Assembly (NCBI GenBank): GCA_021613535.1
Contig: CP075492.1
Coordinates: forward strand, 372,001-436,000
Reading direction: 5' to 3'
Origin: Adineta vaga
Taxonomy: Eukaryota; Animalia; Rotifera
DNA: 64,000 nt
A program made the translations under genes and the position numbers. Positions within the stretch are counted from its first letter, which is position 1, and each line of letters begins with the position of its first letter. Positions 12,286 to 22,615 of the stretch are shown one piece after another. The notes beneath the pieces are model-generated. The model ran no database searches. It was not told where the DNA came from and saw nothing but the letters and a program-made list of their open reading frames with translations.

Positions 12286-13000
12286 ATTGAACTATTTTCA
12301 AATAACGTAATTAGATTTTTAATCAAGAGAAAAACAAGTAAGAGTAATAGAAAAAAAGAGCTTACTCATCAACATACCTGCACACTCGTTTGCGACACAA
12401 AGACCAATGATAGATGGAGAAATCAAACATATTTCAGTGATAGATGGAAGCAGATAGGTGAGAATGTAAGTGTGAAATATATATATATATATATATGACT
12501 AAAAGGTATTAATTAAGTAGAACAGTGATGACTCAATCTTTACTCATCGTATAATTTTCATTGACTCATTTATTACAACGCAATAAATATTGATAAAATG
12601 ATTGAAGCATATAAAAGCTTGTTTTTATTATCAAATTTTCTTCACATAAAAAATCGAAAACGTGGATATATCATCATTTAGTACAAATGCTTTCGAAAAT
12701 TTTGATCAAAAATCTTATTCGACTGTTAATCAAACTATCTAAATACATTCTCAATATATTCAATTGAAACCATAGCTATGATTTGTGTCACATATCAAGA
12801 TCTATTCAACAAAATTTATATCTATAGTCGCTTTTTGTCGCTATCAATGCTACTATGGTCATAATCAATCAATATCACAATCAAACTCTTGTCTAGTTCA
12901 GTAAAAGTATCAATCCAACAATTATTCTTTCCACAAGATTATTTATAACAGATACAAATGATATTTACATTGATGTCAACTGTTCTAAGCATAATTTTAT

Positions 13001-13833
13001 CTTGAGGGATGGGTGTGGGTGTGGGTGGGTGTGTGGGTGAAAGGTCAAAAGAACATTTTCTTCAAAATGACGGAAAATGACGGAAAACATCCAAAAACTA
13101 TATTGAGGTGACGGTAGAATGATGGATGGTGGGTTGGTGAGTGTGGGTATGGGTGAAAGGTCAAAAAAATATTTTCTGTAAAATGACGGAAAATACTAAG
13201 AGCCAAAATAAGGCGTTATTGCGCCGTTATAGACGCTATCTATTTATAAATAATTCAGTCGAGGGTCAAGCGAGTCTCCCTCGACGAGCGTTACTTGTTT
13301 TTACAGAAAGGATCATTTTGTTACCAAAAAAAAAGAGCACATTGTTTTTTCAAAAACTATGAGAATAGGATTTTGGTATCGGGGATCCTTTCGACATGAA
13401 AATTCTATAAATTCGACCTTGTCCTATTCAAAATACTGAAATGAAATGTCTGGAGGAATATAATAGAGACGCACAGAGTCAGTGTACTTCCTTTGATATT
13501 TAAAATTCTATAAACAAAGACTGTCCTGATAGTTCAGAAAGACCATTTCTACGAGAAAGTGCTGAGCGACTCCTCGGACGAGCATTAGACTGTAAAAAAA
13601 TAAGTACTATACTTAAAATGGTCCAGGAAGGTCGAAATCGCGATCACAGAGTTCTTATAGACTCATATACTCTTGTAATTTTTATTACTAGATTGAAAAT
13701 AGGTTTTTCTACTTTGTTTATGATCGTTCTTTGATCATTTTCAACAAGTAGCTTGCTAAAGGCATCTGAAGAAGAGACAAAAGTATCATTATGGTAGATG
13801 AACTCATTCTATACTCTCACCCATACTCCTCAA
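13001..13833. mobile_element. Probable non-autonomous element with telomere-like termini
   Basis: Left end cttgagggatgggtgtgggtgtggg; internal duplication of gtgggtgaaaggtcaaaa..aaaatgacggaaaat at about 13034 and 13150; degenerate inverted end ctcacccatactcctcaa. No TSD seen. Confidence 0.5.
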
Positions 13834-14018
13834 ACGTAGAGCGAAATGGTATGTTTCTACTTTCCTTTTTGTAGCTTAACGACTTTTCTATACTTGTAGA
13901 TATGAATAAACATTCATTTTCTGTGTTTCTTATCTATTTTTGTCATTCGATTTATTTTTAAAAATTCTCAAAGAAATTTCAAAAATTGATTTAAGAGTAT
14001 ATCATATCGAATGATTGA

Positions 14019-14461
14019 TTAGTCAATATTAAAAGGCATTTGTAGGATTTTCGGATTGCATTTAACTTGCTGATCATTGATCATCATCATGAATGATTTA
14101 TTGATCTGAGGTACATCTGTAGTACAAATCATTTGTTTCGTCTGTGAAATATGTTCTTCAAGTTTTTGAACATCATGATGTTCTTTCTGCTGAATTATAG
14201 TTTCGAACATTTTCAAAGCCCGTTCGAGATATCCAAGTGCTATATCGGATTCATTCATTTTCTTAAATATTAAACCGATGAACCACAATGACCATGCAAC
14301 ATGAGGATGCTCCTTAAAAAGCTTTTAGCGCAATCCCTTGTGGGATTAAAAATGTGAAACACGATACATCTGTTTCTATTATTGCAACGGAGATCTCTGA
14401 TTGATAATTCATCCGCGTTTCCATTATTGCCAAAATATGAATCATCTGTGATAATTTTCAT
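14019..14461 (-). pseudogene. 3' fragment of a TPR protein gene
   Basis: KEHPHVAWSLWFIGLIFKKMNESDIALGYLERALKM is TPR-like. The fragment is frameshifted and its 5' part is missing. It is homologous to about 59980-60065 on the + strand. Confidence 0.65.
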
Positions 14462-14476
14462 AGATAAATGAATAAA

Positions 14477-14752
14477 GGGTGAGTGTGGGTAAGCTTAAAG
14501 TATAAATAAGCTACCCTCAACCGCGTCCGTACCCTCAGCATGAGCTCATTTTGCCTGCCGGTAACGCTGTGACGGGGTTGTCATGCTGCCGGTCAAGTCT
14601 GTAACAGGGTTTCTAATCTGTCGGTCACGTCTGTGATAGACATTTTAGGCTTTCGGTTACGTCTGTGATGAATCATTGATTTTGTCAGTCACGTCTGTGG
14701 GGTTCAGGGTGTGGATGGGTGTAGGTCAAGCTATACTCTTAACCCACACCCC
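14477..14752. repeat. Composite: two telomere-like hairpins flanking five 31-32 bp tandem units
   Basis: Core cggtcacgtctgtga at about 14557, 14588, 14620, 14652 and 14684. Right hairpin gggtgtaggtcaagctatactcttaacccacaccc (spacer class A). Confidence 0.8.
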
Positions 14753-15834
14753 GATTTTAATCATATTTTTCATAATTTTTTTCACATGGGAGTTCATAAA
14801 TTTGTTGGGTTTTTGAAGGATTTCAAGAACGTCTTTTTTCTTACTAATTGTACTTGACTGAAATTAAATCTATGTCAACTAATTTATATTTTATTTTTTG
14901 CGATATATAGAATGTAGAATAGACTATCATCGATTTGAAATAGAATTAAACAGTGTGCATGAGAAGTGTCTGCAGGGAAAGCGAAAAATATGCCCTCTGG
15001 GCACCTCTGACGTGGATATCGCAAAATCAGAAGTGTGGTATCTCCTTAGCTGGTATAGATATAAGAAGTAACTACAAATCTTGATGTCGCCGAGGAAAAA
15101 CTATTAAAATGAATCAGTTGACGATGATCAAAATATTTTATATACTTCTTCGGTGATTAATTGATTATAATCTATACTTAATTATAAAATCGAATTTGAT
15201 AATTGAGATTTTAATCGATTACTGGAATTATAATTGTCTTCTTGAAATATCCTTGACTTTTGACCAATTTATCAATTAAAATCGACTGATAATTGTGGAA
15301 CTTGATTTTATATAATTGAGATTTTAATCAATTCAAAATCATGAAATCAGATTTAATTTAATTCAAACTTTAATTAATTATCTAAATTATAATCAATTTC
15401 TTAGATTTTAACTGATTTTTCAAGGTTTCAACTGATTTCTTTCTGACTAATTGATTGTAATTAATTAATAATTACAAAGTAAAATTTTATTTGATTGAAA
15501 TTTCTATCCATAGAAGTGGTTATAATCGATTTTTTAAAATTTCACATAGTTTTGTATGGAATAATCGATTAAAATCGCCTAGAAACGATTATTAAAACAT
15601 GATTTTAGAAACAAAAAAATCAATTTTCATCGAATTATTTTGGGAAAAAGTTAGTACGCTAAGAAATAATCTGATTATGTGTCCCATATCATCAGACATT
15701 ATCATGATTTCTTCCAAGAAATTTTTCACTAGGTAGATTTCATCTTGTTTTTATTAGCTCTTAACCGATTTTTAATATTATTCAACTAACGAGGGACCAT
15801 ACCGAAGTGGTTAAGCGTTTTAGACCCCATCTTT

Positions 15835-15945
15835 CAGCAGTGTCACATATCCTGCACTAAATACTGCATCTCCCGATGGATACGGACTCATCTCCCGCGG
15901 GAGATGGGGGTGCATCCGCGATCTGGGGGATATGCGACACTACTC
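15835..15945. mobile_element. 111-bp MITE nested in the left TIR
   Basis: Absent from the right TIR. 8-bp TSD CCATCTTT, TIRs cagcagtgtcacatatcc / ggatatgcgacactactc, central palindrome catctcccgcgggagatg. Confidence 0.9.
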
Positions 15946-16278
15946 CCATCTTTTGGCCACGAGTAGACCTCGATAAGGTATGAAAAACCCCAGAAGGGTT
16001 CGTGCCCTCGTGCCTTTATTCCCGAGAAATCGAATTTTCAAGATATATAGGAAATGAGAGAATAAAATGAAAAATTACTGTTTTTAAAGAATAATAGAGT
16101 ATTGGGGTAAAAAAAGTCTTTTAATTTCGTATTCTGTTCGTGAAACCTGTTTTGAATTAAGAGTTGCATCGAACCTTATCGTCAATATTTCTACTCATTG
16201 TTTATCAACCTATAGAATACTGAAAATCCTTCATTTTATCATTAATACCATTATAAATCACAAGTCTTTACAAAAATA

Positions 16279-18029
16279 TCAATGAAAATGATAGTTCAGA
16301 AAAAAATGATTTAAACATAGTGGTTTAGCACACCAGCTGCAGCAGATAAATGGAGCCATATCAGATGGAGATATAGTGCATATCGTAGCGTCAAACGAAA
16401 AACACACTTCGCTTACAGTTTCAAATAACCCTGAATGATTATTTGTGTAACCATTGACGTACCAAGCGTACTGAATCATCCGATGAAAAACTTCGGAGGA
16501 GTTGATTATGAGTGAGAGACATAAGACGAATGATATTATTGCGTTCGCTAATATTGATGCTGAGTTCATCAAGCAGTGCACGATCATATAGCCGACGAGG
16601 AATCACTTTCATTTGTCTGTTGGAAAAGACATCCAATGGTTGGATTTGATCCGTGGTGTTTTTGGTATTTCAAGTCTTGTGCATCCAGGAATATGATCGT
16701 ATAATCCTTTTCCGTATGTCTGTCCTTTCCAACAATCCGAGATAAGTAGAAGCTTTTTACGTTTCTCAAGTGACGGAAGGAGTACACGATCGCGCCAATA
16801 CTCAACCAAAGATGTTGTGAGCTTACCCGAACTGCTACAGGTGATCACCACATTGGAGACCTCGAAAAAATGCGAACGGATATTCTCGCTCATGCGCCCT
16901 TTGGGTTCTTCCAAGCACAGATAGAATGGTGATAGAAGATGACCATCTAATGTGATTGTTGGTTGTACTGTGTAACTGTGAGTAGTGGCGTTTATAGAAC
17001 GGACAGATCCAGTTGTAATCTTCTCCCCTTTGTAGCTCAATGTGCGAGTGGAGTGCAGTTCTAGTTGGATTCTACTTTGATCTGTATTAATAACCTCATT
17101 GGCTTCATATTTCGACAAAAGCTTGCGAACATCAGCCATGAACTGATCAGCAGAAATTCTGATCTTCTGTTTGATAGCGCTTCGTCACAGTCTGTAAAGA
17201 AAACAGCTTCAGTAAATCTCGTAGCAAAATATTTTTAAGGGAATTGAAGACTCGCGAAAACTGTTAACTTTAAAACTCGTACAAGTGTCTTTTATTTATT
17301 TTAATTTATACTTTTGGAGTATGGAGACTTTTTTCACAGATTCATAAATACTGATCCAAAATTTCTGATCTTGGTCACTTTGCGTCAGATGATATTGTGT
17401 TTGTATTTGAAGTTGTACAGCCAGTGGCTTGAAGCCAAGAAATTATATAAAGACTCATCCATAGCTTTTTCAATAGCCCACCGTCGAAGATCAATGTCGT
17501 GTACTGGCAAAGCATTTTCCCGAGCACGTTCGAACATATCAAATACATGATCATCAATTTTGTTGAGCTTCTGCTTCTTCGTCTCATGTTTTCCAAGATA
17601 GTGGCGAAATCTGGCGAGATAGTATTGATGTGGAATCCGTCGAAAGTTATGTTTCACTGTTTCCCGTCGTCGCTTTCGTTTTCCAGTTCTTGGATTGATC
17701 TCATCATAGAAATTAACTGCCTTCCTCATGTAATCGAGTGAAAATTCTTTGCATAACTTTTCCTCATTCTCTTCTTCATCAGTCCAATCGGGACCGTACG
17801 TAACTTCGTCTTCATCGTCGATCAACTCATGATCGAGAGTTGTTTCTGTTTCGACGAAGCGTGAATCACTATTGGTAACTGATTCGAGTACAGCACACAG
17901 TAGCTTCCCTATTTCGCATTCGCGATTCGTGATAGTATTGATGGTGGTAGAAGTGCGCGAAGCATCAGACAGCAATAAGTTCGATGCTTGATCCGTGAAA
18001 ACTTTTATGACGTTTGCTGAATTAATCAT
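16279..18029 (-). pseudogene. Tc5-like transposase (CENP-B-type HTH, DDE, C-terminal Cys/His motif), frameshifted
   Basis: FLASSHWLYNFKYKHNI (HTH); INTDQS, LISDCW and IQPLDV (DDD); THSYT and SSGKLT; CSWCAKPLCLNHFF. Split over several frames, with an apparent intron at about 17190-17365. Confidence 0.88.
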
Positions 18030-18649
18030 TTTAAAATAGTTACCAGAACAACTGATATAAACTGCTTGGTCGTGTTTCATTTGTATATTATATAAAAGAC
18101 CGAATGAAAAGAAAAACGACCACATAGCACAAATTATCCACAAAAGAGGAAAAGAAGAGAATAAAATTAAGAGAACGTGGAAGAAAGAATATAATATAAC
18201 ATTCATCCCCAAAACATGACGGCATGGGAGAGAAGAAAACGGGGAGTGATATAATGGGTAATGTATCGCCGGCACTTTTTCATCGTGTATTATTTTATGG
18301 TTTATAATGATATCAATGATAGAATGAAGAATTTTCAGTATTCTATAGGTTGATAAACAATGAGTAGAAATATTGACGATAAGGTTCGATGCAACTCTTA
18401 ATTCAAAACAGGTTTCACGAACAGAATACGAAATTAAAAGACTTTTTTTACCCCAATACTCTATTATTCTTTAAAAACAGTAATTTTTCATTTTATTCTC
18501 TCATTTCCTATATATCTTGAAAATTCGATTTCTCGGGAATAAAGGCACGAGGGCACGAACCCTTCTGGGGTTTTTCATACCTTATCGAGGTCTACTCATG
18601 GCTAAAAGATGGGGTCTAAAACGCTTAACCACCTCGGTATGTTCCCTCG

Positions 18650-19172
18650 TTAGATGCTTCATATTTTGATCAATTCCTTGATGATCGTGCATTGGGTGGT
18701 GCTGTAACTGTTTCGACTTTCCGTCTCAATTTCTATCCACAACGAGATGATCCAACTCCTATTGGCGAGAGGTGCGAATGACGATGCACCTCTTTCATGC
18801 GAAGAGCATTGTGATGGATGTCTTCTTACTCTTCTGTATCAACATGAAGTCGGTGGTTTACAAATTCAGCTCGCAAATGACACGTGGGCTGATGTTCCTG
18901 TCGTACCATACGCGTTGGTGGTGAATACAGGAAAATGTTTAGAACGCTGGACTAATGACTGTTTGAAGGCGATCAACCATCGAGTGAAATTATTGAAAGA
19001 AGAACGTCTTTCTATTTCATTTTTTCTGGAGCCTTCATTTGCAACACCCATTGTCTCGTTGACAAACGTAAATGATCCACCGAAATATGAGCCGATCATT
19101 TATGGAGAATACATCACGGAGAGTAAGAAACGATTCACGGAGTATCAACTCAATGATGATCCTTCGTCTTGA
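18650..19172 (+). pseudogene. C-terminal half of an IPNS-like 2OG-Fe(II) oxygenase
   Basis: LDASYFDQF..STFRLNFYP, a frameshift at about 18765, then HCD..LTLLYQ..GGLQ..VVNTG..LERWTN..HRV..RLS. The N-terminal half is absent. Confidence 0.85.
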
Positions 19173-19423
19173 AATACATCGCAGTAGAAAAACTAACATT
19201 CATTTTCATTTGTTCACTATTCTTTTCTAAATAAAATATGAGAAGTATTCCTATATTTCATTGTTTAAACTGCTTTTTGGATGTTGCATCCCTTGATGCT
19301 ACGAAGAACTTATAGACTGATGGTCAGATACGAAAGAAATGTGTTTTATTTTTTTTCAGTGAAAAAATCATATTTGATTTTTATATTAGTCATGAAAAAA
19401 GTGACATCAACTAATCATTGAAA

Positions 19424-21144
19424 TTATGTATGACGATTACATTTCTTTTCAAAATGTTTTAATCCATTAATTGTTTCTCCGCATAGAAAACAATATTGTT
19501 CTAAACAGTCCTCACATACAATCAAATTATCATCGCCTATTTTAACATTCAGCTTTTGACATGCAATATCTGGACATGCTTTCACTCGTTTGACGATAGC
19601 CGAACCGAGAAATGATCGATTATTAATTACAACTGTCTCGTCTTCAGCAGATATTTTTGCTAAAAGAAAGAAAATCTTTAATTCGATTTTGAAAAATAAG
19701 CGATTTCAAACCTGTATCTATTTTTTTATTTATTTCTTCTTTCATTGATTCGACAGATTGATCCATAGAAGAATGATATAACAATGAGGTCATCTTAGGA
19801 CTGTTATATCCCTCTGCCGTAGTCCAACAAAAACCATGACCGCATCTTGAACAGCGCATATGTAGACAACCACCATTTTTTTCAATTCTAACATGACAAT
19901 TTGGACATAACTGACTATTAATTGCTTCCATTCGTTCAGCATTTAAAACTGCTTCTAATAAAGCATTTTCTTCCGATAAATCAATAGTAACTTCACGATA
20001 ATGTTGTTCAGCAAGTTCTTTTTCAGCGGCAGCTTTCTGTTCTTTTTCGATTCGAGCGAATTCTTCTTCAGCTTTGTCCTCTTGTTTGGCAGATTTTTTT
20101 CGATCTTTTTTTTCTTGCTTTCGAATTGTTTCAAGTTGTTTTTCTTTTTGTAATCTTAAATGTTTAATTAGATAATCTCGTGGACATTTGTCTTCGGAAT
20201 GAAATACTTCTTTACATTTCTTACAAAATGTAAAACGACATTGTTCACAAATCGCTAATCTATCATCATCATTGCCGGTAAGAACAGCTGAGTGACATCT
20301 AAAGAGATTTATTATTTATGTTTTCTTATTTGACAACTGACCTTGGACACCAGATGATATCATTCATTGATTCTAAAGCATGTTGTAATGTGATTCGTTC
20401 ATATCTCTCATACAATTGATCATCGCGAATAATTTGTTTGATTTCATTTGGAAGTAATGCTTTTTGACATTCAATTTGCGGACAAACGAGTCTTTCACCA
20501 AATCGACCATTTTTTATTGCCATTCGAACATAATTATTTAGACATGTTTGACAATAAAAGTGTCCACAAGGATAAAGACGAATACAATCAGTTCCTGAAA
20601 TAATATTAGCACAGATCAAACAGGTCTGGAGGTGATTTTGAAACTGTTTGTCTTCTTGTTCATTGTTATAACTAATTAAAGACTGATAGATTTCATCAGT
20701 ATTCTCTGTTAAATAGCCATTCAGGGCTCGTGGTTCATGGTTTTGTTCATCGTTGTTTGTCGTATCAAGGATTAGTTCATTGGTGATTTGCTGTCGAATC
20801 AATTCGATCCAATCAAAAACACAAACTTCATCTTTCACGAAGGAACAATCATCTAGTTGTTGACAAAGACGTTGCAGAGATGATTTCGAAAAATAAAAAC
20901 ATGAGAGAAGAAATGAAGGAGGAGAATCACTTGGATATTCATTGTGATAATGAATAACGAGAGAGAATGATGGTAAATGATGAATAATCGATGTTTTGTC
21001 GTTGTATCGAAGATGAAATGGTTGAACTAGATCAAAATCGATGGAAATTTCATATTGAGTATAGTCATGAAGAAGACGAAATTTAGTATCGAATATTGAT
21101 TGTAATGCCAAGATTTCATCTGCTTGTTTTTCTTGATTCGTCAT
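19424..21144 (-). CDS. RNF14-like RBR E3 ubiquitin ligase (RWD-RING1-IBR-RING2 plus an extra RING2-like domain); exons 21144-20342, 20298-19712, 19659-19424
   Basis: [12 protein letters not shown] and YPSDSPP (RWD), CGHFYCQTC (RING1), [19 protein letters not shown] (IBR), [19 protein letters not shown] (RING2). GT-AG introns of 43 and 52 nt keep the frame. Confidence 0.88.
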
Positions 21145-21470
21145 CGAGATTCTAATGTATGATCATGTGAACCACGAGGAATGAGTGTCTTACTTCATTC
21201 TGACGTAATTACAATATTACATCAGAAAGCGATGAAAGGAAAGAAAAAACATGAATCACGACAACACCGATAAAAGAGAAAGACGCTATGATTGTCAGAA
21301 TATAATAGTGGTTACTAACCCCGTTCTCTTTCTTGTAATCTCATCACTAATAGACGAAAGAATACAAAGACAGAATTAGGAATTCTGTATTCAATGAAGG
21401 CCGATATATAATAGGAGAAAAGTTTTATGAGATGAAAAAATGCAAAAGGAAAGAGAGTATGTTTATCGAT

Positions 21471-21851
21471 TTAATCAGTGAAGAGAACATTGCATATATA
21501 ACCACGCTGTTTCTGTTCAATCAGAGTGTTATAATGCATCGCTAACATGCAGCAATGTTTACGGCGACATAGATGTGATCTATACCACCATTCTGATTCA
21601 GCTAAAAGACCAGGATGCTCATCTGTAATACGTGTTAAGATTCCTGTGCAGACAATTGAAGCGGTAGGATCGTTGAAGTCAACGACAAGTTTGCCATGAG
21701 GGTCAACCACCCACTCAAGAACAAACTGCACCTATTTACCAGATTTAAAGAACTTTTTTCTAGTAGATGCTTCAATTAGCTTCACTTGCGCATATCTTGG
21801 ATGAGCAGCATAATTCATCGATGGAGTAATATATATATATATTCCAGCACC
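21471..21851 (-). pseudogene. 3' fragment of a gene with a possible PARP/NEURL4-like ART domain
   Basis: ITPSMNYAAHPRYAQVKLIEAS..GK*VQFVLEWVVDP has an in-frame stop and is cut at its 5' end by the hairpin at 21852. The family assignment is from motif memory only. Confidence 0.5.
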
Positions 21852-21905
21852 GTGGGTGTGGGTGTGGGTTAAGCGTATAGCTTGACCTACACCCACACCC
21901 ACCCT
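21852..21905. repeat. Telomere-repeat hairpin element (spacer class A)
   Basis: gtgggtgtgggtgtggg-ttaagcgtatagcttgacct-acacccacacccaccct; reverse complement of the copy at about 14716-14751. Confidence 0.85.
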
Positions 21906-22615
21906 ATATCTAAAAGGTAGATAAAAGGGTATAGCACACTGTGAGAAACGGTTAAAAAGGGTATATTATACGTTGCATTTTGATAAACGCTTTAAAGGTT
22001 AATCATTCATCGAATTTTTTTTTCAGTGTAGTTCTTAAGCGGAACATCGTGACATCTTTCATACGAATTAATGGACTATGTCGAATAGTTTTATTGGTCG
22101 AGGGACTAGATTAGCTGGGCAGTCTGTTAAATGTAATTTTCATATTTCTTTCACGAATGACTCGACCAAATATTTAACTTTATAACAGAATTTGCAAAAT
22201 TTTATTTATTAAGATTATCTGATGGACTTTGTATACTTCATCACTTGTTTAGTATTACTTTGTTTTTGTTTCTGTTTCTTTATATATATATATATATACA
22301 TTTCCCTAGAAATATATTCTCTTGGCGTTCTCTCTTTACTCTTTCACTCCTGATCTCTTGCCTTGATCTTATACACACTGCATTCTTTCGAGTGATATTG
22401 CGTTCGATTATATTATTATCTTCTTTATATTCATTTCTTTGCTTTATGCCCTCGAAACATCGTCTCAGTATAAATACATGTGCTTTTCTACTTACAAATA
22501 GTTCAACACCAACAAATTTCGTGTGCAAATATTCAATATCTTCAATATCAATTAAAATTTTATTTCATTGCCTTGCTTATTAAATCATTCATTTCGTCTG
22601 CAACATCAAACAAAC

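Larger units (their letters stand above)
15790..18649 (-). mobile_element. Tc4/Tc5-like (pogo-related Tc1/mariner) DNA transposon with TIRs of about 360 bp
   Basis: Near-perfect long inverted repeats CGAGGGA.CATACCGA.GTGGTTAAGCG (15790 to about 16262; about 18290 to 18649), flanked by cTAA and TTAg, enclosing a transposase. Confidence 0.92.

Noticed and set aside
12680-12980. Possible NHL-repeat gene remnant
   Set aside because: Only a short LFITDTNDIYID-like stretch is recognisable, which is too decayed to support a call.
14555-14700. Repeat-spacer pattern as a mini-CRISPR
   Set aside because: The units are only 32 bp in total, the cores are degenerate, the spacers are partly related, and there is no leader or cas gene.
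18030-18275. N-terminal hydrophobic extension of the 296-aa ORF
   Set aside because: It starts at a non-ATG codon in T-rich subterminal transposon sequence; the transposase more plausibly begins at MINSANV.
21930-21966. AAAAGGGTATA twice, reminiscent of DINE-1/Helentron subterminal repeats
   Set aside because: The motif is too short, and no matching partner or 3' stem-loop was identified.
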